Source of the DNA: a virus
Virus record (IMG/VR): IMGVR_UViG_3300047558_000077
Location: 64,001 to 128,000 of that record
Direction: 5' to 3' (one strand)
Length of the DNA: 64,000 nt
Of the stretch, positions 10,801 to 17,720 are shown piece by piece. Position numbers and translations under genes: made by a program. Numbering within the stretch: the first letter of the stretch is position 1; every line of letters begins with the position of its first letter. A model generated the notes under the pieces. It searched no databases and was not told where the DNA came from. It worked only from the letters and a program-made list of their open reading frames with translations.

Positions 10801-11071
10801 AAAAACTCTATACATATTATCCTGAGTTCAATAATAACGACGAACTTCTTTGGCTTGTGTTTGAGGAATCAACCAACAGTGTAGTCGCCGAGTTTTTCTT
10901 TGAAGATGACGCACAGGAATACGCTACCTTTCTAGACAACGGTGGTGGCTTTGCAGGATTCACTCCAAGATTTATCTTGACAAAGGTACCGAAACCAGAT
11001 ATAAATGAGGCATTCTTAGCAGAGTTTGCGGAATAGTTCCGAAAAAAGATAAAAAAATTCAAAAAAAGTGC

Positions 11072-11100
11072 TTGACATTCCGTTCCGGTGCCTATATACT
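11072..11100 (+). promoter_or_regulatory. strong sigma70-type promoter of tRNA array with A-tract UP element
   Basis: TTGACA-17-TATACT preceded by phased A-tracts. Confidence 0.75.
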
Positions 11101-11118
11101 ACTTAGACAATAAAGATT

Positions 11119-11195
11119 GGTTCCATAGCTCAACAGGATAGAGCAACCGCCTTCTAAGCGGTAGGTTGAAGGTTCGAATCCTTCTGGGACCGCCA
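11119..11195 (+). tRNA. tRNA-Arg(TCT)
   Basis: cloverleaf, ACCGC-ct TCT aa-GCGGT, encoded CCA. Confidence 0.93.
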
Positions 11196-11200
11196 TTTAT

Positions 11201-11291
11201 GGGGGTGGGTGTAAGACACAAGAGGGACTTATAAACCCTTTAGCGGCCGATTACCGTTCTCGACCAGGAGCGTTACCTGGCACCCCTACCA
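11201..11291 (+). tRNA. tRNA-Ile(TAT), long variable arm, atypical
   Basis: GGGGGTG/CACCCCT acceptor, loop ct TAT aa, long V-arm, non-canonical T-loop, CCA. Confidence 0.7.
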
Positions 11292-11456
11292 ACTTTGGAG
11301 TATGACATGGAAAACTTTGAACTGCTCTATCAGTGTTATCTATCTGGTCAAATGTCTGAAATGCAGTGGCAACTACATTTGAAGTGTGACGAAGGCCTAC
11401 AAGATTGGTATAAATGTAAACAGACTGCCTACTCTATAGAAGCGATAGAATAAGGG

Positions 11457-11725
11457 TGCGTCATTCTATCGCAGTTTTTTGTGGTTGACTTCTGAATCCG
11501 TTTGGACTATATTACGTGAACGGTGGGACGAAACAGAGAGACAGGAACACGGTGCGACAACCTGACGCACTTTTTTCTGAAAAAAGTTCTTGACTTCCTG
11601 TTTTTGATGCTATATAGTATGCGAACGATGAAACGAAAGAGGGAAACAGGAAATCAGAGTGCGACGGAATGTCTCACTTTTTCCTAAAAAAAAGTTCTTG
11701 ACTTCCTGTTTGAGTCGTGTATAAT
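11457..11725 (+). promoter_or_regulatory. three tandem early promoters, each with upstream TGCG-N9-CGCA-type box
   Basis: boxes 11457-11473, 11553-11569, 11660-11676; TTGACT at 11485, 11590, 11698; -10 TATATT/TATAGT/TATAAT. Confidence 0.75.
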
Positions 11726-11754
11726 ACTCAAACGATGAAACAAGGAGACACGGA

Positions 11755-11940
11755 ATGAAAGATGAAGCCGTGAAACGAGACTATTTCTGGGTGGTAGAAG
11801 TTACCGATCATAATGGTCGTGTAAACTATCGCAAGGAATATCATAATAAAGATGGTTCGGCATTTCGTGATTATGCTCGGTTGAAAACGCAGGGTACCGT
11901 TTGTATCCAGCGTAAGTTCAAAGAGTATAAGATTGCCTAA
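11755..11940 (+). CDS. hypothetical early protein
   Basis: 61 aa with AGGAG RBS downstream of tandem promoters. Confidence 0.6.
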   Translation: MKDEAVKRDYFWVVEVTDHNGRVNYRKEYHNKDGSAFRDYARLKTQGTVCIQRKFKEYKIA

Positions 11941-11977
11941 TCAACCGCTGTTTGACAATTGAATCAGGATTGTATAA

Positions 11978-12053
11978 GGTGCCGTGCCCGGAATGGTTAC
12001 GGGGCGGTCTGCAAAACCGTTTTATGTGGGTTCAACTCCCATCGGCACCTCCA
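11978..12053 (+). tRNA. tRNA-Cys(GCA)
   Basis: cloverleaf, ct GCA aa, CCA. Confidence 0.92.
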
Positions 12054-12193
12054 ATACTCTTAGAAAGATGTAGGCTCGTGCGGGCAAGGCGCCAATAAAA
12101 CTGATGCCCAAACCTTGTGTCACAATAGGTTCTGCTCTGGATTGCAACTATCAGAATGACTGACATAGTAAACCTACATCTCTCTAAGAGTAT
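12054..12193 (+). ncRNA. putative structured spacer ncRNA
   Basis: 21-bp terminal inverted repeat (1 mismatch) filling the Cys-Asn tRNA spacer. Confidence 0.5.
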
Positions 12194-12196
12194 TAT

Positions 12197-12275
12197 TCCG
12201 GAGAATCCGAGCAAGGTGCATGGACGTGACTGTTAATCACTGGTTAGTGGGGTTCGATTCCCCAATCCGGAGCCA
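12197..12275 (+). tRNA. tRNA-Asn(GTT)
   Basis: ct GTT aa loop, T-arm, CCA. Confidence 0.9.
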
Positions 12276-12280
12276 ATTAC

Positions 12281-12355
12281 CGCCCCTTCGTCTAGTGGCT
12301 AGGATAACTGCCTTTCAAGCAGTAGAAACGGGATCGAAACCCGTAGGGGTGACCA
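12281..12355 (+). tRNA. tRNA-Glu(TTC)
   Basis: ACTGC-ct TTC aa-GCAGT, CCA. Confidence 0.9.
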
Positions 12356-12360
12356 ATAAT

Positions 12361-12436
12361 GGCCGTGTAGGTTTCTGGGGAAACCACTTGTCTGTCTAAC
12401 AAGTTTAGGTGGGTTCGATCCCCATCACGGTCGCCA
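12361..12436 (+). tRNA. tRNA-Asp(GTC)
   Basis: CTTGT-ct GTC ta-ACAAG, CCA. Confidence 0.9.
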
Positions 12437-12450
12437 TTTGTATAGTATAT

Positions 12451-12526
12451 GGACCGTTAGCTCAGTTGGTAGAGCAGCCGACTCTTAATCGGCTTGTCGC
12501 AGGTTCGAACCCTGCACGGTCTACCA
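12451..12526 (+). tRNA. tRNA-Lys(CTT)
   Basis: GCCGA-ct CTT aa-TCGGC, CCA. Confidence 0.93.
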
Positions 12527-12531
12527 TTTAT

Positions 12532-12607
12532 GGATCCGTAGCACAATAGGTGGTGCAAGGGACTTTTAATCCCAAGGCTGTCGGTTCGAGCCCGACCGGA
12601 TCCTCCA
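12532..12607 (+). tRNA. tRNA-Lys(TTT)
   Basis: ct TTT aa loop, CCA. Confidence 0.9.
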
Positions 12608-12611
12608 ATAT

Positions 12612-12685
12612 GCGGCAGAAGTGTTACGGTAGCACAATAGGCTTCCACCCTGTTAGCGTGGGTTCGACTCCCACTTGCCGCTCCA
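12612..12685 (+). tRNA. tRNA-Gly(TCC)
   Basis: GCGGCAG acceptor, ct TCC ac, TCCA end. Confidence 0.9.
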
Positions 12686-12689
12686 GTAT

Positions 12690-12781
12690 AGATACATCAT
12701 ATTCTGGACATATCGGAGCACCGAGGTCATATGTTATGTCGTCATTGACGGCGAGATTAGAGACTTCTGCATGATGTATCT
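12690..12781 (+). ncRNA. putative structured spacer ncRNA
   Basis: AGATACATCAT/ATGATGTATCT closing stem, internal hairpins, followed by T-run. Confidence 0.45.
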
Positions 12782-12788
12782 TTTTTAT

Positions 12789-12915
12789 AGATAAACTAGG
12801 TATCTCTTCGAGAGAGAAATAGGTGGGTAAAGAGTTGAAATACTCCATAGAGCCTCTAAGCAGATTGAAACGAGGTAGTCAACACTATGCAGTTTGATCC
12901 TGCACTAGTTTATCT
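12789..12915 (+). ncRNA. putative structured ncRNA with tRNA-like T-arm
   Basis: AGATAAACTAG/CTAGTTTATCT stem stacked on TGCAG-TTTGATC-CTGCA arm. Confidence 0.5.
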
Positions 12916-12922
12916 TTTTATT

Positions 12923-12996
12923 GCGGATGTAGTTTAATGGTAAAACGGTACCTTGCCAAGGTACAGTCGATGGTTCGATTCCATCCGTCCGCTCCA
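12923..12996 (+). tRNA. tRNA-Gly(GCC)
   Basis: GTACC-tt GCC aa-GGTAC, TCCA end. Confidence 0.92.
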
Positions 12997-13171
12997 TTAC
13001 TCGTCCGAGGAGTTGGATACCTTGGGCTACCATATTACACGGGTGCGCTGTGTGGTATGGGTATAGGTGGCGGCAACCTAAACGTCCGTCTTAGCGCATC
13101 GTCTTATCCAGGCAAATCTGCCACAACGAAATAGTGGCTGGGAGATGGTAGTAACTCCCTGCGAGATTTAT

Positions 13172-13252
13172 CTCCACGTATCCACCTTCGCTACGAACGA
13201 AGAGTAAGGTAACTGGATGCAAATGCAGGTTCGAATCCTGTCGTGGAGTCCA
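13172..13252 (+). tRNA. rearranged tRNA-Arg(ACG)-like RNA
   Basis: 7-bp acceptor, canonical T-arm, CCA; anticodon hairpin nested inside D-like stem. Confidence 0.65.
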
Positions 13253-13348
13253 GGTCGCTGGATTACTAATCGATGGTTCCTAGGCCTATCGAGGTGTGTA
13301 CCAGTAGTGGAAGCCCGTCACCACTATAAGAAAGCGTGGCTGCTATTC

Positions 13349-13423
13349 GCTGGTAGGTCGGCAAGATGTCGAGGCGCTCTCATAAGGCGTTTAAGGTTGG
13401 TTTAATTCCAACTATCAGCACCA
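13349..13423 (+). tRNA. tRNA-Met/Ile2(CAT)
   Basis: ct CAT aa loop, ACCA end. Confidence 0.8.
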
Positions 13424-13429
13424 GTTTAT

Positions 13430-13504
13430 TGCGGTCAGGTGGTCCGGAGACCATTCTTGTCTCATAAGCAAGAGAGCCATGTTCGACTCATGGGTCCGCA
13501 TCCA
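13430..13504 (+). tRNA. tRNA-Met(CAT)
   Basis: CTTGT-ct CAT aa-GCAAG, CCA. Confidence 0.8.
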
Positions 13505-13565
13505 ATGTTGGTAAAGTGGTTCAGAGAACCGCATTTTACTAAATAAGGGTAGGAGGTACCTACCA

Positions 13566-13883
13566 ATGGTCGCAAGAAACAAATACGGTATAAAGAAAAC
13601 TAATGAAGAGGTATTTGTAGAAAACTCTACATATCCGAGACATAGGTTAAAAGAACGGATCATAAAAGAAGAAATGATCCCGTATGTGTGCCATGAATGT
13701 GGTATGGATGACAACTGGAACGGTAAGAAAATCGTTTTACAGTTAGACCATATAAATGGTGTGAATGATGATAATAGAATGAATAACCTTCAGTTCTTGT
13801 GTCCTAATTGTCATTCACAAACTCATACATACGCAGCAAAGAATAGACATAACTCTGCGAGAAAACCAAAGAGATATGTTTGA
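13566..13883 (+). CDS. HNH homing endonuclease inserted in tRNA array
   Basis: CxxC...LQLDHINGVNDDNRMNNLQFLCPNCHS; own late promoter at 13539. Confidence 0.9.
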   Translation: MVARNKYGIKKTNEEVFVENSTYPRHRLKERIIKEEMIPYVCHECGMDDNWNGKKIVLQLDHINGVNDDNRMNNLQFLCPNCHSQTHTYAAKNRHNSARKPKRYV

Positions 13884-13884
13884 T

Positions 13885-13958
13885 GTTGGTGTAGTGTAAC
13901 GGTAGCACAACGGCCTCCAAACCCGTTAGTAGGGGTTCAAATCCTCTCACCTTCGCCA
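13885..13958 (+). tRNA. tRNA-Trp(CCA)
   Basis: ct CCA aa loop, T-arm, GCCA end; two U-U mismatches in acceptor stem. Confidence 0.8.
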
Positions 13959-13965
13959 GTTTTAT

Positions 13966-14041
13966 CTAGGTGTAGCTCAATTGGCAGAGCATCCCGTTTG
14001 GGGCGGGAAGGCTGTTGGTTCAAGTCCAGCCACCTAGACCA
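13966..14041 (+). tRNA. tRNA-Pro(TGG)
   Basis: TCCCG-tt TGG gg-CGGGA, CCA. Confidence 0.92.
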
Positions 14042-14353
14042 TTTACGAAAGTGACATAGATATGGATACAGAATATCTAAAACGCCAAGCAATCTTTAGA
14101 CTTGTCGTGTTTTTTGTTATCGCTGTTGTAATAGGATTTATAGTGAGTGATATTAACATTCTAATGAGCCAATGAGGTATAACTATGTTTAAGATTACAG
14201 AAGAGACTAAAAAAGAAGCTGTTGATAAGATGATAGAAATTCTTTTATTTGAAAGAATTGATAATAGAGAAAAGTTTGAAGAAGCATTTGATGCTGCCGT
14301 CGCTATCGTAATGAAGCAGTTTGGTATTAGTATAGATGTATAACATATAATAT

Positions 14354-14444
14354 GGAGAGTTGGCTGAGTGGTCGAAAGCGGCCGTTTGCTAAATGGTTGA
14401 ACCCTAATACGGTTCCATAGGTTCGAATCCTATACTCTCCGCCA
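14354..14444 (+). tRNA. tRNA-Ser(GCT)
   Basis: long V-arm, tt GCT aa, GCCA. Confidence 0.92.
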
Positions 14445-14448
14445 ATTC

Positions 14449-14537
14449 GGAGTAAGTAACAGGCAAGGAGTCTGCACCGCTTGGAAAGCGGATGGTTCCC
14501 GAAAGGGAATAGGTGTCGGATACCTACTACTCCGCCA
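14449..14537 (+). tRNA. tRNA-Ser(GGA)
   Basis: long V-arm, tt GGA aa, GCCA; atypical T-loop. Confidence 0.8.
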
Positions 14538-14544
14538 ATTCAAT

Positions 14545-14633
14545 GGATGGTTAAGCAGAGCGGCCTCTGTCCTCGCCTCGAAAGCGAAGGGTGCCTGTAA
14601 AGGCATGGTGATCGACACATCAGCCATCCGCCA
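14545..14633 (+). tRNA. tRNA-Ser(CGA)
   Basis: long V-arm, ct CGA aa, GCCA. Confidence 0.82.
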
Positions 14634-14719
14634 ATTGTGCCTTCCATCAACGGCGTCCCCGTTAGGACACAGCAGGTTAGCCAGTCCCCTGTTGGAAGAA
14701 ATGTCTGGCACAGTTTTAT

Positions 14720-14794
14720 GCGGGCTTAGTTCAGAGGTAGAACATCGGTGTTACATACCGAGTGTCGGTGGTTCGATTCCATCAGCCCGCACCA
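14720..14794 (+). tRNA. tRNA-Val(TAC)
   Basis: TCGGT-gt TAC at-ACCGA, CCA. Confidence 0.9.
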
Positions 14795-14799
14795 TTTAT

Positions 14800-14876
14800 G
14801 CCCCTCTAGCCCAACTGGTAGAGGTGTCTGACTTAGAATCAGAAGGTTCTCAGTTCGAATCTGAGGAGGGGCACCA
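14800..14876 (+). tRNA. tRNA-Leu(TAG), short variable loop
   Basis: TCTGA-ct TAG aa-TCAGA, CCA. Confidence 0.88.
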
Positions 14877-14880
14877 ATTT

Positions 14881-14956
14881 GCGTTCTTGGTGTAGGTGAT
14901 CCGCACGCCTGTTTGAAGCACAGAAGGACTTAGTTTGATTCTAAGAGAACGCACCA
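14881..14956 (+). tRNA. tRNA-Phe(GAA)
   Basis: tt GAA gc loop, CCA. Confidence 0.82.
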
Positions 14957-14961
14957 GTTAT

Positions 14962-15038
14962 GCCCTCGTAGCCCAATCGGCAGAGGCAGTTGGCTCAAAC
15001 CCAATACAGTGTCGGTTCGAATCCGACCGAGGGCACCA
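14962..15038 (+). tRNA. tRNA-Leu(CAA), short variable loop
   Basis: GTTGG-ct CAA ac-CCAAT, CCA. Confidence 0.88.
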
Positions 15039-15044
15039 ATATAT

Positions 15045-15118
15045 GCTGGCATAGTGTAAAGGTAGCACACGAGATTGTGGATCTTGTAGACTAGGATCGT
15101 TACCTGGTGCCAGTACCA
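15045..15118 (+). tRNA. tRNA-His(GTG), no G-1, U72/A73
   Basis: tt GTG ga loop; preceded by T; ends ...AGT-A-CCA. Confidence 0.88.
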
Positions 15119-15126
15119 GGGCGGCC

Positions 15127-15201
15127 GCTGCCGTAGCTCAGTGATAGAGCATTCCCTTGGTAAGGGAAAGGTCGAAGGTTTGATTCCTTCCGGCAGCACC
15201 A
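15127..15201 (+). tRNA. tRNA-Thr(GGT)
   Basis: TTCCC-tt GGT aa-GGGAA, CCA. Confidence 0.9.
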
Positions 15202-15450
15202 TAAATATAATGTTGAACGATCAAGTTCGCATAGGAGTCTTTTAGATGATCGTCATTTCAGACAAGGCCAATAGTAAAGTAATAATTTCAGAAGAAGTCA
15301 ATAGAGAACTTAGTCAGCTTGTGATGACCACACTAAAGACAAAGTTTCCGAATATTGATGAAACAACTCTAACAGATATCATGACAACGCAGAGAGATAT
15401 TTACATCGACTTTCTAAATGAAAGATATAATACGGTAGAACAATGGAACA

Positions 15451-16029
15451 ATGAGAAGACAATACTCTGGTAACATATTAAACTTATGTGATCGACTAAA
15501 AGTAAGAATATATGATTTAGTAGGTTATGATAGCAAAAACAATCCAGAAGGTTGTTTGACAGGATACACCACAGCACACTTCAATAATCCTGTAGGCCGT
15601 AGATTGGATAAGTTGCCGGAGTTTAAAGAACCTTTAGATTTTGTTTTGAATACAGCAAAAGATTATGCCGTTGAAAACGGCTTAGACAAAGATCATCTAA
15701 CGACTGTCATGTGTTGGGTAAATGTCTATCCTCCTGGAACATTCATTAGTGCCCATAAACATATAACATTCGATAATCTGTTTACGTCCGTATTTTACTT
15801 ACAGAGTAAAGAAGACTCTGGGCAATTATATGTTGCCGACGATCCTAATCCAAAGAATATAAAGCAAGGTGAAGTGTATATTTTTCCTTCCAATATAGAT
15901 CATTGGACAACACCAAATGAAAGTGTTCAGGATAGAATAGTTTTCGGATGTGACTTTGTTTACTATCATATAGACGACCAAACAGTGGATAGAATCCTAT
16001 CTAACTGGCTTGACCGAAAAAAGACTTGA
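15451..16029 (+). CDS. 2OG-Fe(II) oxygenase-like protein (TIGR02466-like)
   Basis: WVNVYPPG...HKH...SVFYL...IFPS..DH.T.PN....RI. Confidence 0.75.
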   Translation: MRRQYSGNILNLCDRLKVRIYDLVGYDSKNNPEGCLTGYTTAHFNNPVGRRLDKLPEFKEPLDFVLNTAKDYAVENGLDKDHLTTVMCWVNVYPPGTFISAHKHITFDNLFTSVFYLQSKEDSGQLYVADDPNPKNIKQGEVYIFPSNIDHWTTPNESVQDRIVFGCDFVYYHIDDQTVDRILSNWLDRKKT

Positions 16030-16054
16030 CATTCCGTTTCGGGTGTGCTATTAT
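16026..16054 (+). promoter_or_regulatory. sigma70-type promoter
   Basis: TTGACA-17-TATTAT. Confidence 0.65.
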
Positions 16055-16080
16055 TAGACATAATGAGAAAGGAAAACGGA

Positions 16081-16557
16081 ATGAATAAGGTTTGGATTTT
16101 TGATATTGACGGAACGCTTGCTAACGTCCATCATCGTTGGCATCATATCAACGGTGGTGGTAAAAAGAACTGGGACGCATTCTTTGCCGATCAAATCAAG
16201 GACGAACCTTATCAGCCAGTGATGGATATCCTTCATGCTCTTGTGTCACATTATGTAGACGGAAGAAATAAGGTAATCTTTGTTACTGCTCGGGATGAAC
16301 GATTTCGGGAAGTCAGTTTACAGTGGCTAAATCGTCATATCAAGTATAAGGTTAGTGACGAAGACCTGTATATGCGTCCTGCTGGTAATCGTGAAAACGA
16401 TGACCTTATCAAGGTGCGTATTATCAAGAATTGGTTACAGCGGCATCCTGCTTATGAAGTCGGTGCGATCTTCGAAGATCGGCATCGGATTATCGATGCG
16501 TTTCGTGCCGAAGGCTGGTATACTTTTGAGTGTAACCAGCAGCGTTTAGAGTTTTAG
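16081..16557 (+). CDS. HAD phosphatase (T4 PseT/PNK 3'-phosphatase-domain-like)
   Basis: FDIDGTLA, VTAR, LYMR, FEDR. Confidence 0.85.
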   Translation: MNKVWIFDIDGTLANVHHRWHHINGGGKKNWDAFFADQIKDEPYQPVMDILHALVSHYVDGRNKVIFVTARDERFREVSLQWLNRHIKYKVSDEDLYMRPAGNRENDDLIKVRIIKNWLQRHPAYEVGAIFEDRHRIIDAFRAEGWYTFECNQQRLEF

Positions 16558-16563
16558 AGTTAT

Positions 16564-16637
16564 TGTCCCTTAGCTCAAAGGTAGAGCAATGTGCTGATAA
16601 CACATAGACACTGGATCGTTACCAGTAGGGACAACCA
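16564..16637 (+). tRNA. tRNA-Ile(GAT)
   Basis: ATGTG-ct GAT aa-CACAT, CCA. Confidence 0.9.
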
Positions 16638-16641
16638 ATAT

Positions 16642-16727
16642 GGGGGACTATTTGGCTAAGGACGCCAAGGGGTCTGTAAAACTCAAGCCTATGTGCTGGC
16701 CCGGATCGTTACCGGGGTCCCCTACCA
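16642..16727 (+). tRNA. tRNA-Tyr(GTA)
   Basis: ct GTA aa, long V-arm, ACCA. Confidence 0.85.
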
Positions 16728-16733
16728 AATTAC

Positions 16734-16790
16734 GGGCGAGAGCAAGGATGCATCCTAGGTTATAGGGGTTCGATTCCCCCTCGTCCACCA
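16734..16790 (+). ncRNA. 57-nt mini tRNA-like RNA with Ala identity (G3-U70, A73, CCA)
   Basis: GGGCGAG/CTCGTCC acceptor, TTCGATT T-loop, no D-arm or anticodon loop. Confidence 0.6.
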
Positions 16791-16796
16791 GTTTAT

Positions 16797-16870
16797 TCGG
16801 GGTTAGTTTAATGGTAGAACGTCGGTCTTTGGAACCGACTGTCTGGGTTCGAGTCCTAGACCCCGATCCA
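16797..16870 (+). tRNA. tRNA-Gln(TTG)
   Basis: TCGGT-ct TTG ga-ACCGA, CCA. Confidence 0.9.
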
Positions 16871-16876
16871 AATACC

Positions 16877-16980
16877 GGTTTCGGTCGCCCGGTCTGTTGC
16901 TGGCAACATAAGCAAGGCACGATTAAGTTGCGTATGCTGCTTATGCCAAGGGCAAGATACAGATAAAACCGAGCCTTTTT
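16877..16980 (+). ncRNA. putative rod-shaped ncRNA
   Basis: nested stems TCGGT/ACCGA, TCTGT/ACAGA, CATAAGCA/TGCTTATG, ends in T-run. Confidence 0.45.
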
Positions 16981-17123
16981 GTTGTAAGGAATACACTATG
17001 AACAAGGTGAAAGTTTCTCTTAGAGAAATCATGGAAGATGATAATCATCCACTTATGCTGAAATGGGTAGATGAGTTTCACTCAACACTTAGGGAAAAAA
17101 TCCAAAGTTATATAATGAAATTT

Positions 17124-17198
17124 TCAGGGATAGTTTAACAGGTAAAACCACGGACTCTGACTCCGTATTTCTTGGTTCGAATCCAGGTCCCTGATCCA
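17124..17198 (+). tRNA. tRNA-Gln(CTG)
   Basis: ACGGA-ct CTG ac-TCCGT, CCA. Confidence 0.9.
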
Positions 17199-17215
17199 AC
17201 ACTAAAGGATATATT

Positions 17216-17710
17216 ATGAATAAGTTCTTGACAACCGCAGTCGTTTTTGCTACACTTACAACTTCGGCAATGGCCGACCCTGTTACCGATTTTTTCGGTG
17301 GTATCTTTGGCGATCAATCGCCTCCACAAGCAAGAATGAGAAAGAGTAAACATGCAAGACACACAGTTCCACAGAATGCTAACGACGGTGGTAATGATGA
17401 TTGGACTGCTTCTTGGGGCCATTCTAATCATGGAAGCAGTCATATGGTCGCTTCATTTTATGGGCATGGAGAACACCTTTCAAGACACACCGCCTCGGGC
17501 GCACTTTTCAATCCTCATGGATACACAGCCGCACATCGCAGTTATCCATTCGGCACTCATTTGAGAGTATGTCATCATGGATGTGTTACAGTTGTGGTCA
17601 ACGATAGAGGACCATTTGTCAGGGGTCGTTCTCTTGATCTTTCTTATGGTGCTGCAAGGGCTATTGGCATGGGTAGCACTTCAAATATCTCCGTTGAAAG
17701 ACTAAACTAG
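17216..17710 (+). CDS. RlpA-like (DPBB) lytic transglycosylase family, exported
   Basis: signal peptide; ASFYG, TAAHRSYPFGT, VVNDRGPF, LDLS.GAA. Confidence 0.9.
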   Translation: MNKFLTTAVVFATLTTSAMADPVTDFFGGIFGDQSPPQARMRKSKHARHTVPQNANDGGNDDWTASWGHSNHGSSHMVASFYGHGEHLSRHTASGALFNPHGYTAAHRSYPFGTHLRVCHHGCVTVVVNDRGPFVRGRSLDLSYGAARAIGMGSTSNISVERLN

Positions 17711-17720
17711 ATAGTTATAC

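Noticed and set aside
11457-11755. Possible CRISPR-like array
   Set aside because: Units are degenerate, ~100 bp, contain promoters, and have no constant repeat/unique spacer structure; no cas genes
13430-13504. Initiator tRNA assignment
   Set aside because: Lacks three consecutive G-C pairs in the anticodon stem and the C1-A72 mismatch
12032-15202. ORF-track calls across the tRNA array (e.g. 12032..12214, 12457..12648, 12550..12774, 14430..14711, 14605..14895, 14930..15202)
   Set aside because: They overlap clear tRNA genes; shadow ORFs of GC-rich RNA
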